Position numbers and translations under genes: made by a program. Under the pieces are notes generated by a model, which worked only from the letters and a program-made list of their open reading frames with translations, ran no database searches and was not told the DNA's origin. Shown piece by piece: positions 17,850 to 27,128 of a stretch of DNA of 64,000 nucleotides (positions are counted from its first letter, which is position 1; every line of letters starts with the position of its first letter). The stretch comes from Bacteroidota bacterium (lineage in GTDB: Bacteria; Bacteroidota; Bacteroidia; UKL13-3): assembly GCA_947464275.1 (NCBI GenBank), contig CANHVU010000008.1, positions 17,082-81,081 on the forward strand, read 5' to 3'.

Positions 17850-18772
17850 TGGAAGGAATTGTTGTAAAATCAACTGGGAGTTGGTACGAAGTAATGAAAC
17901 CCGATTTGCAAATTGTAAATTGCAGGTTAAAAGGTAAGTTTAGATTACAAGGTTTAAAACACACCAATCCTGTAACCGTTGGCGATAAAGTAAATTTTGA
18001 AATGGAACCCAATAGCGAAAATGGAGTGATTTTTTCAATTGAAAATCGTAAAAATTACATTATTCGTAAGGCCAGCAATCTTTCAAAACAAACGCATATT
18101 ATAGCCAGTAATATTGACCAAGCTATATTGATGGTAACCATTGCTTTTCCTACTACTTCGCTAGGTTTTATTGATCGCTTTTTAGCCACAGCCGAGGCTT
18201 ATCATATTCCAACTACTATTATTTTTAATAAAGTAGATTTATGTACCGATGGATTGGAAGATGTATTGAACGATACCATTCATTTATACCATAATCAAGT
18301 TGGATACAATTACATAAAAACTTCCGTTAATGACCAAATTGGGTTAGATGAAGTAAAGGCTTTATTGAAAGATAAAACCACTTTAGTTGCTGGTCATTCA
18401 GGTGTAGGAAAATCATCGTTATTAAATGGAATTGAGCCTAACTTAAATTTAAAAACAGGCGAAATTTCAAAATCGAGTTTTAATGGGCAACATACTACCA
18501 CTTTTGCACAAATGCATCCTTTAAGTTTTGGTGGATTTATTATTGATACACCTGGAATTAGAGAGTTTGGAGTAGTGGATTTAAACAATGCAGAACTATC
18601 GCATTATTTTAAAGAAATGAAACCCTATATTGGTAAATGCAGATTCAATAATTGCAAACACATGAACGAACCTCAATGCGCGGTTTTAGAAGCCATTGAA
18701 CAAGGTATTATTCCTGCCGAGCGTTACCAAAGCTACCTTAGCATTATGGCTAACGAAGATGTGTTTAATTAG
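17849..18772 (+). CDS. rsgA: Ribosome small subunit-dependent GTPase A
   Basis: NKVD, GHSGVGKSS, HTTT, DTPG, C-terminal CRFNNCKHMNEPQC. Confidence 0.96.
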   Translation: MEGIVVKSTGSWYEVMKPDLQIVNCRLKGKFRLQGLKHTNPVTVGDKVNFEMEPNSENGVIFSIENRKNYIIRKASNLSKQTHIIASNIDQAILMVTIAFPTTSLGFIDRFLATAEAYHIPTTIIFNKVDLCTDGLEDVLNDTIHLYHNQVGYNYIKTSVNDQIGLDEVKALLKDKTTLVAGHSGVGKSSLLNGIEPNLNLKTGEISKSSFNGQHTTTFAQMHPLSFGGFIIDTPGIREFGVVDLNNAELSHYFKEMKPYIGKCRFNNCKHMNEPQCAVLEAIEQGIIPAERYQSYLSIMANEDVFN

Positions 18773-18774
18773 GG

Positions 18775-19683
18775 TTGTATGAAATGACTTTTGAAGAATA
18801 TTTTACCTATTTAAACCAACTTGTAAAAGTTGAAAATATTCAGAGTGAATCATTTTCTGAAAATTTGATAATACTTTTAAAAGCATTTATTGACAATAAA
18901 ACTAATTCTTCAGTTATTGAATTCAAAAAGTGCGGGCTGTCAAATCCCCCTCAAAAAGAGGGGTGGTCGAAGACCGGGGAGTTAAAAAAGCCATATAGGG
19001 TTATTGCTATCAATGATATTATTTTAACTCAAAATCCAATTACAGAACTGCCTTTTAACCCCAATTTGAAAGAAAAAGCAAAGCAGTTAAGGCAAGCTAG
19101 AAATTAATCGGAAGTATTGTTTTGGAAACAAGTAACCAAAGGTCGTTTTCATAATATTGACTTTGATAGGCAACGAGTTATAGGTAACTATATAGTCGAT
19201 TTTTATGTTAAAAGATTTGGGCTGGTTATTGAAATTGATGGCTCTAGCCACGATAGTAAAGTGGAGTATGATATTGAAAGAGAAGCATTTTTAAAGCAGT
19301 TGGGCTTAAAGGTTTTTCGAATTAAAGTAGTTGATGTTTTTAAACGTTTAACTTATGTGATGCAAGAGTTAGAGTATTTTTTTATTGAGAATTATGCTGA
19401 TAATTTTGATGAAAATGCATTGATTTTGCCACCCCGGTCTTCTACCGATAATTATCGGCACACCCCTTCTTCGGAAGGGAATTTTGTTCCCGAACAATTT
19501 TCACAAGAGCAGTTTTTTAAAACCATACCAAATAACATATACAATTATAAAATAGGTAATTTCTATCCAATAATTTATTGGTTTGAGTTAAATAAAAACA
19601 AGAGTCTTAATCATGATGATTTTTTACATTTTCAAAAAATTATTATTGCAATTGAAGAAACGAAAAAGACATATAATAACTAA
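18775..19683 (+). pseudogene. DUF559 (Vsr-like) endonuclease inside a type ISP R-M remnant, broken by one in-frame TAA
   Basis: ORFs 18775..19107 and 19117..19683 share one frame: LPFNPNLKEKAKQLRQARN*SEVLFWKQV...FDRQRVIGNYIVDFY...IEIDGSSH. The tail YKIGNFYPIIYW...DDFLHFQKIIIAIEET resembles type ISP C-termini. Confidence 0.75.
18945..19483. mobile_element. Inverted CCCC-hairpin repeats bounding the DUF559 domain
   Basis: TCCCCCTCAAAAAGAGGGGTGGTCGAAGACCGGGG (18945-18979) is inverted relative to CCCCGGTCTTC..CACCCCTTCTTCGGAAGGGAA (19432-19481). Confidence 0.7.
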
Positions 19684-19686
19684 CCC

Positions 19687-20139
19687 ATGCGCATTATTAT
19701 TCAACGAGTTACAAAGGCTCAAGTACATATTGATAACAAACTATTTTCTGAAATTGGAAATGGATTATTGGTTTTATTAGGAATTGAGGATGCTGATTCG
19801 GAAGAGGATATCAATTGGTTGGCACAGAAAATAATAAATCTTAGGGTATTTAACGATGAAAATGGTGTGATGAATATTTCTCTCATTGATGCCAATGCGG
19901 ATATTTTACTGGTAAGTCAATTTACACTTTTTGCCTCTACAAAAAAAGGAAATCGACCTTCTTATATCAAAGCTAGCAGACCAGAATTTGCCATTCCGTT
20001 ATATGAAAAAATGATTGCAGAATTAAAAGAACTTTTAGGCAAAAAAATAGCCACAGGATCATTTGGTGCTGATATGCAAATCAGCTTAACCAATAATGGC
20101 CCTGTGACAATTATGATTGATAGTAAGATGAAGGAATAG
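19687..20139 (+). CDS. dtd: D-aminoacyl-tRNA deacylase
   Basis: IQRV, SQFTL, KGNRPSY, NGPVT. Confidence 0.96.
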   Translation: MRIIIQRVTKAQVHIDNKLFSEIGNGLLVLLGIEDADSEEDINWLAQKIINLRVFNDENGVMNISLIDANADILLVSQFTLFASTKKGNRPSYIKASRPEFAIPLYEKMIAELKELLGKKIATGSFGADMQISLTNNGPVTIMIDSKMKE

Positions 20140-20167
20140 TTGATAGTTGTTGGTTGTTAGTTGATAG
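20137..20167. repeat. Heptamer array, left border of the orphan gene island
   Basis: TAGTTGA TAGTTGT TGGTTGT TAGTTGA TAG, starting in the dtd stop codon. Confidence 0.8.
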
Positions 20168-20203
20168 AAATGGAATCTGAAATTTTACTAACTAATCTTA
20201 AGA

Positions 20204-21310
20204 TTATAATTTTTTTAATTGGATACAATGGGAACCATCAGGTCTATTTGCCAGTGGACTAAACCAAATATTGAATTCACCTGTTCCTTCTTTTACACCC
20301 AAAAAACTTATACTAAACTTAATTGCAGAATCGTACCAAACCGAACCATATAGCTTGGCTTCTTTTGTTGTCATTGGAAAAGTTGGATTAAATCCTTTTG
20401 GAATATAAAATTCCTTCAACCTAGCATAAAATATTTTTTCACCTTTAGTTGAAATTGTTTCTATAAAAGGTACAATAAATTCGTTTTGCAGTTCACTATT
20501 ATATTTAATATAATTAGCTTTTACAATTTTAGGCATCAATAATCTTTCTTCAATACATTTCCCAGCAATAACGACATCAATTCCTGTTGATTCTAAGCCT
20601 TGGTTTGTTAGCATCAAATGTTCTTCTTGTATTTCTCCTGGTTTAATATCTACCAGAATAACTCCAGAAATACCGCTGAATTTAGTTAAACCAAGTTCTG
20701 CTGCTTTCTTTTTGTCTTTTTTTGCAAAGTTTAATTTTATTCCTTCGTTTGGATTTTCTTCACTTAGATATTCATAACCTGTCAGTAATTTTGAACTATC
20801 TATATTGATAAATTTGGAGAATTCTCTTAAAAATTCTTCAACAAATACGGATTTATTTCTCCAAGCCTTTACTATATCCTCAAACGAATAATTTTCTAAT
20901 AAAATATTTGACCAAACGTTTGGCTTACTTTTATTGAAATCAATTTCTTTAGAAAGATTGCTTATGGTATCTTTAAGTTTCCCATTTATGTTGAGTCCAA
21001 CATAAATATAATCACTATCATGTACTAAAATACTTAATGCACTTGTATTGAAATGTTTTGATAAGTTAGAAGAGAATTTATAGAACTTTTTAGAGCCTTG
21101 ATCTTCGAACTCTTCATCATATATTGACAACCAATTTGAATTAGCTGGTTCAGAAATAATCACAGTTTTATCAGCCTCATCACTATTCTCAACTACAACA
21201 TAACCATCTTCCAAATTAAACAAAGTAACATATTCAATTACCAAGTCTAACAGTTTGGTTTTGTCAATACCCAAAGTGTTTAGTTGAATATTTGTAAAAA
21301 AGGCTCCCAT
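20204..21310 (-). CDS. Hypothetical protein
   Basis: 368-aa open frame; no family recognised. Confidence 0.75.
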   Translation of the reverse strand: MGAFFTNIQLNTLGIDKTKLLDLVIEYVTLFNLEDGYVVVENSDEADKTVIISEPANSNWLSIYDEEFEDQGSKKFYKFSSNLSKHFNTSALSILVHDSDYIYVGLNINGKLKDTISNLSKEIDFNKSKPNVWSNILLENYSFEDIVKAWRNKSVFVEEFLREFSKFINIDSSKLLTGYEYLSEENPNEGIKLNFAKKDKKKAAELGLTKFSGISGVILVDIKPGEIQEEHLMLTNQGLESTGIDVVIAGKCIEERLLMPKIVKANYIKYNSELQNEFIVPFIETISTKGEKIFYARLKEFYIPKGFNPTFPMTTKEAKLYGSVWYDSAIKFSISFLGVKEGTGEFNIWFSPLANRPDGSHCIQLKKL

Positions 21311-21344
21311 TTAGTATTATGTTGAAAGAATAGTTGATAGCAGT

Positions 21345-21914
21345 TTATTTAGTAATTTCAAATAAAAAGTTGAATGCGTCTCGTAAACTGCCATATCCAC
21401 ATGGAGTTAAAAATAAATTGTATTTCTTTTCCTCTACATTTCTATCCCTTTTTCCTTCCAAAATATAAGTGTTGCAACATAAAAAATCACTATCATCTTT
21501 ATTGTTTGATAAATTCCAAAAATAACTGTCAGAAATTTTTTCTTTAAAATCTAACCAAACTATTAACCTAATTTTTTTAGTAACATTTTCAATTAAAGAG
21601 TCAACTTTGATAGGAATTCCATTGTTCCAAATAAAACATTTTTTAGAGAGGGTTATAGAATCATTTTTATTTTCTAAGGTGAATATAAAACTCTTAGATG
21701 GTTTTTCATTTAAAACCCAAACACGGTAAACTTCACTTTGAGAAGAATCTATTCTCAAGTCTTTTTCATTTATAGTTTTATCAATAGGATAAATATAGTT
21801 TTGATAAATTACTTTTTCTTCTATTACGTTTTTAAACTGTCTAGTTGTTTTATTATTACTACAACTAAGCAAGCTAATACATATAAACGCAAAATAAAAG
21901 GAATTCAATTTCAT
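21345..21914 (-). CDS. Hypothetical lipoprotein
   Basis: Signal peptide with LLSC lipobox. Confidence 0.7.
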   Translation of the reverse strand: MKLNSFYFAFICISLLSCSNNKTTRQFKNVIEEKVIYQNYIYPIDKTINEKDLRIDSSQSEVYRVWVLNEKPSKSFIFTLENKNDSITLSKKCFIWNNGIPIKVDSLIENVTKKIRLIVWLDFKEKISDSYFWNLSNNKDDSDFLCCNTYILEGKRDRNVEEKKYNLFLTPCGYGSLRDAFNFLFEITK

Positions 21915-21930
21915 TTTTTTTCTTACTTAT

Positions 21931-22293
21931 TCAAATTAAACCGTCACGTTTGTTTGCATATAGTATGTATTTCTCTCCAAACTCAAGTTCAAGTCCAATG
22001 CGTATTAGCCCCTGAAATGAAAACCAAAATCCATTCTCAATTTTTAGTTCAAGGTTGTCAATTGAATTGTCCTTTCGATACCATTTCAAATGTTGGTCGT
22101 CTAATGGTTCGCTATCGATTTTCAATAACATTATTCGATGCCTAGTCATTAAGTTATTAAATTTTTCTACGGTGTCAACTCCAAAGTGTAGTAGTTCATT
22201 TAACTCCTCTTCATAGTCTGATTTTGAAAAATCGTTCTGAGAAGGAAACAACATCAACATTGTCGAATATACTTTACTATCTGTCAATTTCAT
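21931..22293 (-). CDS. Hypothetical protein
   Basis: 120-aa ORF co-oriented and closely spaced with its neighbours. Confidence 0.65.
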   Translation of the reverse strand: MKLTDSKVYSTMLMLFPSQNDFSKSDYEEELNELLHFGVDTVEKFNNLMTRHRIMLLKIDSEPLDDQHLKWYRKDNSIDNLELKIENGFWFSFQGLIRIGLELEFGEKYILYANKRDGLI

Positions 22294-22314
22294 TTGTTTA
22301 CTATATTAAGAAAC

Positions 22315-22352
22315 CTATCAACTGACAACTATCAACTGACAACCAACAACTG
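22315..22352. repeat. Heptamer array, right border of the island, inverted relative to 20137-20167
   Basis: CTATCAA CTGACAA CTATCAA CTGACAA CCAACAA CTG, just past the purQ stop. Confidence 0.8.
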
Positions 22353-22359
22353 TCGTCTA

Positions 22360-23052
22360 TTAACCATTCACCAACTGCAACAAACTTTCGAACATAATGC
22401 GTCCGTCAGTATTGTAAATATCAGCATCTACAGCGCGTTCAGGGTGAGGCATCATACCAAATACATTGCGGTTTTTGTTACAAATTCCAGCTATGTTATC
22501 CAATGCACCATTAGGATTGGTTTCGGCAGAAACGTTTCCATTTTCATCGCAGTATCTAAATAATATTTGGTCGTTGGCTTTTAATTCTTGCAATAATTCA
22601 TCGTTGCAATAAAATCTTCCCTCGCCATGCGCAATAGGAATTTTTAAAGCTTTTCTTACTTCATTTAAACTAGTAATTTTACTGTTATTGGTTTCGGTTT
22701 TTATAAATACATTTTTGCAATTAAACTTTTGATGGTCGTTGTGTAACAATGCGCCCGGTAATAAACCGCTTTCGCATAAAATTTGAAAACCATTACAAAC
22801 GCCCCACACCAAGCCTCCATTATTGGCAAATTCAATTACACTTTGCATAATAGGCGAAAAACGAGCAATTGCACCGCTGCGTAAATAATCGCCATAGCTA
22901 AAACCACCTGGTAAAAACACCAAATCTACATTTTGTAAATCAGTATCTTTATGCCAAAGTTCTACTACTTCTTGGCCAAACATGTTTTGAAATGCCCAAA
23001 CTGCGTCTTTATCGCAATTACTTCCCGGAAATATTAATACACCTATTTTCAT
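22360..23052 (-). CDS. purQ: Phosphoribosylformylglycinamidine synthase subunit PurQ
   Basis: FPGSNCD, PGGFSYGDYLR, GVCNGFQ, MMPHPER. Confidence 0.97.
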   Translation of the reverse strand: MKIGVLIFPGSNCDKDAVWAFQNMFGQEVVELWHKDTDLQNVDLVFLPGGFSYGDYLRSGAIARFSPIMQSVIEFANNGGLVWGVCNGFQILCESGLLPGALLHNDHQKFNCKNVFIKTETNNSKITSLNEVRKALKIPIAHGEGRFYCNDELLQELKANDQILFRYCDENGNVSAETNPNGALDNIAGICNKNRNVFGMMPHPERAVDADIYNTDGRIMFESLLQLVNG

Positions 23053-23068
23053 ATAATTTGCTATTGGC

Positions 23069-23086
23069 TCCCGATAGCTATCGGGA
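23069..23086. repeat. 18-bp palindrome TCCCGATAGCTATCGGGA with a TGGC duplication
   Basis: TGGC at 23065-68 and 23087-90; an identical copy lies at 58759. Confidence 0.8.
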
Positions 23087-23138
23087 TGGCTCCTGATATT
23101 TAACTGGATAGCCTTTAGCCATTTGTTTTATTTATTTT

Positions 23139-24173
23139 TTAAAATGCTTTCCAACCTTGAGCTTTTAACTCGTGTTTTTGACCGCCTTTGCTAATCATGT
23201 TAACACCTTCATCGGGTTTGGTTACATGCCCAATTACGGTAAAATCAGGATGGTTTTCTAACTTTTTATAATCGCTTTGTTTGATGGTAAATAACAATTC
23301 GTAATCTTCGCCTCCGCTTAAAGCTGTTAAAGTTGGATCTAAATCTAACTCGCGCGCCATATTGTAAGTAGTGGCATCAATTGGAATTTTTTCTTCATAA
23401 ATTGTAACTCCCATTTTTGATTGATCGGCCAAATGAAAAATTTCAGATGCCAAACCATCACTCACATCAATCATAGACGTTGGCACAATTTCCAAAGCCT
23501 TAAACATTTCAATAATATCTTTTCTAGCCTCAGGCTTTAACTGACGTTCCAAAATATAATCGTGTCCGGCCAAATCAGGCTGCAAATCTGGATTGTTAAT
23601 AAACACACGTTTTTCGCGTTCTAATAACTGAAAACCAGCATAAGCACCACCTAAATCTCCTGTTACACAAACCAAATCATATTCCATTGCACCATTTCGG
23701 TAAACCACTTCATTTTCAGCTGCTTCACCAATTACGGTTACACTAATTACCAAACCTTGTTTGCTTGAGGTGGTATCGCCACCAATAATATCAATTTTAT
23801 ATTTTTCGCAGGCTAAATTTATGCCTTCGTAAATTTCTTGAATAGCTTCTACACTAAATTTGCTGCTAATTCCTAACGAAACTGTAATTTGTTTAGGCGT
23901 TCCGTTCATGGCATAAATGTCGCTTGCATTTACGCTCACGACCTTATAACCCAAATGTTTTAAAGGAAAATAACTTAAATCAAAATGAATTCCTTCTAGC
24001 AACATATCGGTTGAAACCAAAGTAACTTTTCCGTTAGTAGGATTAATTACTGCGGCATCATCACCTACACCTTTAAGTGTATTGTTCTTTAATTCAATGT
24101 GTTGCGTAAGTTGTTTAATTAAGCCAAACTCGCCAATTGTTTCTAATTTTGTTATTTCAGGTTCATTAAACAT
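23139..24173 (-). CDS. thiL: Thiamine-monophosphate kinase
   Basis: GEFGLI, GVGDDAAV, SDIYAMNG, DVSDGL, GGEDYELLFT. Confidence 0.95.
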   Translation of the reverse strand: MFNEPEITKLETIGEFGLIKQLTQHIELKNNTLKGVGDDAAVINPTNGKVTLVSTDMLLEGIHFDLSYFPLKHLGYKVVSVNASDIYAMNGTPKQITVSLGISSKFSVEAIQEIYEGINLACEKYKIDIIGGDTTSSKQGLVISVTVIGEAAENEVVYRNGAMEYDLVCVTGDLGGAYAGFQLLEREKRVFINNPDLQPDLAGHDYILERQLKPEARKDIIEMFKALEIVPTSMIDVSDGLASEIFHLADQSKMGVTIYEEKIPIDATTYNMARELDLDPTLTALSGGEDYELLFTIKQSDYKKLENHPDFTVIGHVTKPDEGVNMISKGGQKHELKAQGWKAF

Positions 24174-24281
24174 GGGCGCAAATTACTAAAAATATAATAA
24201 GTGAAAGAATAGAAAAAGCTATTTTTTATTTTTTTGTAACAATTAAAAACCCAATGTTACATTTGGGGTTATAAATCAAAG

Positions 24282-25760
24282 ATGAAAATAGTAATAATTG
24301 GCTCTGGAATAGCTGGCTTAGCCAGTGCTGTTAGGCTTCAAGCAATGGGCTTTAAAGTAACAGTTTTGGAAGCCAATGCTTATTTTGGCGGAAAATTAAC
24401 CGAGTTTACTCAACAAGGTTTTAGGTTTGATGCTGGTCCTTCGCTTTTTACATTGCCTCAGTTAGTGCTTGAACTGTACGATATTGCAAAGCAAAATAAA
24501 AACAGTTTTGAATACTTGCAGTTGGAAAAAGCGTGCAATTATTTTTACGAAGATGGAACAAGTTTTACAGCTTACCATCAGTCAGAAAAAATGGCCAACG
24601 AACTAAACCAGAAATTAGGAGTAAGCAATCCTAAACCATTTTTTCAATACCTTAAAAATGCTGAATTTAGGTATAAAACTACCACACCAATTTTTATAGA
24701 AAGCAGTTTACATAAAGTAAAAAACTTTTTAAACTTAGCTACGCTTAAGGGTATTTTAAGCATTCCAAAACTTAATTTGTTCAACAGTATGAACCATGAA
24801 AATGAGCAAATTTTTGCCGATAAAAGATTGGTTCAATACTTTAATAGATTTGCTACTTACAATGGCAGTAACCCATATCAATCGCCAGCTTTATTGAATA
24901 TGATTCCGCATTTAGAAAGCAATATTGGAACTTATTTTCCTAAAAATGGCATGCACCAAATTAGCCAAAGTATTTACCAATTGGCTTTGGATTTAGGAGT
25001 AAAATTTGAGTTTGATAAAAAGGCTACTGAAATAGTTTTAAACCAAAATAACAAGCAAGTAAAAGGACTAAAAGTAGGAGAGCAGTTTTATGAAGCCGAT
25101 ATTGTGTTATCGAACATGGATATTTACCCTACTTACAAAAAGTTATTGCCAAAGGTAAAACATCCTGAAAAAATTTTGGTGCAGGAAAAGTCTTCTTCAG
25201 CATTAATTTTTTATTGGGGAATTAATAAACAATTTGCCGAGTTAGATTTACATAACATACTTTTTACCGAAAATTACCAAGCAGAATTTGAACACATTTT
25301 TAGTAAAAAAACCATTTATAGCGACCCAACTATTTACATTAACATTACCTCAAAATACAAGCCAGATGATGCACCTGCGAGTTCCGAAAATTGGTTTTTA
25401 ATGATAAATACACCCAATAACCAAGGGCAAAATTGGGATGCATTAATTTTTGAAGCAAGAAAAAATATTATTTCAAAATTAAATCGTTTGCTCAAAACCG
25501 ATATTGAAAAATACATTGTAACCGAAAATATATTAGACCCAAGAAGTATTGAAAGCAAAACCAGCAGCCACCTTGGTGCACTCTATGGCAATGCAAGCAA
25601 TAATAGGTATGCTGCATTTTTAAGGCATAAAAATTTTAGTTCTAATATAAAAGGATTGTACTTTTGTGGCGGTTCTGTGCATCCCGGTGGTGGAATTCCT
25701 TTGTGTTTAAATTCAGCTAAAATTGCAGCTGGTTTAATTAAGGATGATTATGGAAAGTAA
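24282..25760 (+). CDS. crtD: CrtI-family carotenoid desaturase, probably 1-hydroxycarotenoid 3,4-desaturase
   Basis: GSGIAG FAD motif, FDAGPSLFT, RFATYNGSNPY, GGSVHPGGGIPLCL; next to cruF, crtZ and crtY. Confidence 0.8.
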   Translation: MKIVIIGSGIAGLASAVRLQAMGFKVTVLEANAYFGGKLTEFTQQGFRFDAGPSLFTLPQLVLELYDIAKQNKNSFEYLQLEKACNYFYEDGTSFTAYHQSEKMANELNQKLGVSNPKPFFQYLKNAEFRYKTTTPIFIESSLHKVKNFLNLATLKGILSIPKLNLFNSMNHENEQIFADKRLVQYFNRFATYNGSNPYQSPALLNMIPHLESNIGTYFPKNGMHQISQSIYQLALDLGVKFEFDKKATEIVLNQNNKQVKGLKVGEQFYEADIVLSNMDIYPTYKKLLPKVKHPEKILVQEKSSSALIFYWGINKQFAELDLHNILFTENYQAEFEHIFSKKTIYSDPTIYINITSKYKPDDAPASSENWFLMINTPNNQGQNWDALIFEARKNIISKLNRLLKTDIEKYIVTENILDPRSIESKTSSHLGALYGNASNNRYAAFLRHKNFSSNIKGLYFCGGSVHPGGGIPLCLNSAKIAAGLIKDDYGK

Positions 25761-25881
25761 TTGCATAAAAGGTCATGTTGTAAACATCTTCCTTGAATAT
25801 GAGTTTGATTGCTAATGGAAAGGTGCTTTTAAACAAGGAATTCCGCTTTGGCGGAACTACGGAATGACCCAATATTATGTC

Positions 25882-25940
25882 CGTCATTGCGAGGCACGAA
25901 GCAATCTCGCACTTAGATTGCTTCGTGCCTCGCAATGACG
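25882..25940. repeat. Solo perfect CGTC palindrome of the same family as the 719-1730 array
   Basis: CGTCATTGCGAGGCACGAAGCAATCT-cgcactt-AGATTGCTTCGTGCCTCGCAATGACG; perfect 26-bp arms. Confidence 0.95.
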
Positions 25941-25965
25941 TTAAAGTAAGAACACAATAAGAAAA

Positions 25966-26610
25966 ATGAAAAAAGAAAATATTGCCATTATAATTTTAGC
26001 CATTTTATATGCTGTTGGCCTTTTTGGTTCGGCTATTTTTAAGTTTGATTTATTATCACTTTCGCCAATCAATTTGATAATTAGTGCGGTAGTGTTGTTT
26101 TATTTTCATCAACCTAAAAACACTTTTTTCTGGATTTGGGCCATTGGTGTTTTTCAAGCAGGTTATATTTTAGAACTTTTAGGAGTAACTACGGGTAGAA
26201 TTTTTGGTCAGTATTTTTATGGAAATAACCTTGGCTTAAAAATGGCCGATGTGCCTGTAATTATTGGTTTAAACTGGGTTATGCTATGTTATGTTTCTAT
26301 GCATGTGGCCGAGCTGTTTTTTAGTAAAATAGGTAAACAAAATACTGTTAACCCAATCATAAAAATTGCTTTAAGTGCGTTGCTTATGTTGTGTGTTGAT
26401 TTTTTAATTGAACATGTGGCTCCACAATTAGATTTTTGGTATTGGAAAAATGGTAGTATTCCAATTCAAAACTACACCGCTTGGTATATTTTTGCCTTTG
26501 CATTTATGTTTGTTTACCAAAAATTAGAGTTGCCATTAACCAATAAAATTGCACCTTGGTTGTATGTTTTTCAATTGGTGTTTTTTGCCGGAATGAATTG
26601 GTGGTATTAG
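25966..26610 (+). CDS. Carotenoid biosynthesis membrane protein (CruF-type 1,2-hydratase)
   Basis: E.LGV.TG.IFGQYFY, VPVIIGLNW, D...E, WYW, PIQNYTAW. Confidence 0.8.
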   Translation: MKKENIAIIILAILYAVGLFGSAIFKFDLLSLSPINLIISAVVLFYFHQPKNTFFWIWAIGVFQAGYILELLGVTTGRIFGQYFYGNNLGLKMADVPVIIGLNWVMLCYVSMHVAELFFSKIGKQNTVNPIIKIALSALLMLCVDFLIEHVAPQLDFWYWKNGSIPIQNYTAWYIFAFAFMFVYQKLELPLTNKIAPWLYVFQLVFFAGMNWWY

Positions 26611-26672
26611 ATTTTTTCTAAAAACAATTTCCAATTAAAGTGTTTAGTATAATAAAACGATTTTAAAAATAT

Positions 26673-27125
26673 ATGTGGTTTAATATTTTAGTAGTGTTTC
26701 TTACTTTTTGGTTCATGGAGTTTATGGCTTGGTTTACACACAAGTTTATTATGCATGGTTTACTTTGGTATTTGCATAAGGACCACCATCAAGTGGAGCC
26801 GGGCTTTTTCGAAAAAAACGATAGTTTCTTTTTAATTTTTGCCATACCAAGTGCTTATTGTTATGTAACAGGTTTAATGTACAACGATTTTAGATTGTAT
26901 ATTGGAATTGGTATTTCTTTGTATGGATTTGCCTATTTTATTATTCACGAAATTATCATTCACCAAAGGTTTAAGCTTTGGTCGCGCCTAGATAATAGAT
27001 ATATAAAAGCCATTCGCAGGGCGCATAAAATTCATCATAAATATTTAGGAAAAGAGCATGGCGAAAATTTTGGAATGCTTATAGTTCCGCTTAAATATTG
27101 GAAAAATCCTAATTCAACCAATTAA
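26673..27125 (+). CDS. crtZ: Beta-carotene hydroxylase
   Basis: MEFMAWFTHKFIMHG, HKDHH, HEIIIHQR, AHKIHH His boxes. Confidence 0.92.
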   Translation: MWFNILVVFLTFWFMEFMAWFTHKFIMHGLLWYLHKDHHQVEPGFFEKNDSFFLIFAIPSAYCYVTGLMYNDFRLYIGIGISLYGFAYFIIHEIIIHQRFKLWSRLDNRYIKAIRRAHKIHHKYLGKEHGENFGMLIVPLKYWKNPNSTN

Positions 27126-27128
27126 ACC

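Noticed and set aside
18925-18936. AAAAAGTGCGGG shared with the linker of the CGTC array
   Set aside because: Only 12 bp with no extension; compatible with chance.
19105-19107. Stop-codon readthrough or an alternative genetic code
   Set aside because: TAA ends most genes in the window; a single TTA-to-TAA change or a sequencing error explains it.
20204-22293. Integron cassette array
   Set aside because: No attC-like RYYYAAC/GTTRRRY boxed hairpins were found between the genes and no integrase is present.
22294-22563. 89-aa ORF containing LSTDNYQLTTNN
   Set aside because: It reads through the heptamer array and is antisense to purQ.
25738-25935. 65-aa ORF MRGTKQS...
   Set aside because: It is a translation of the palindromic repeat, antisense to the crt operon.
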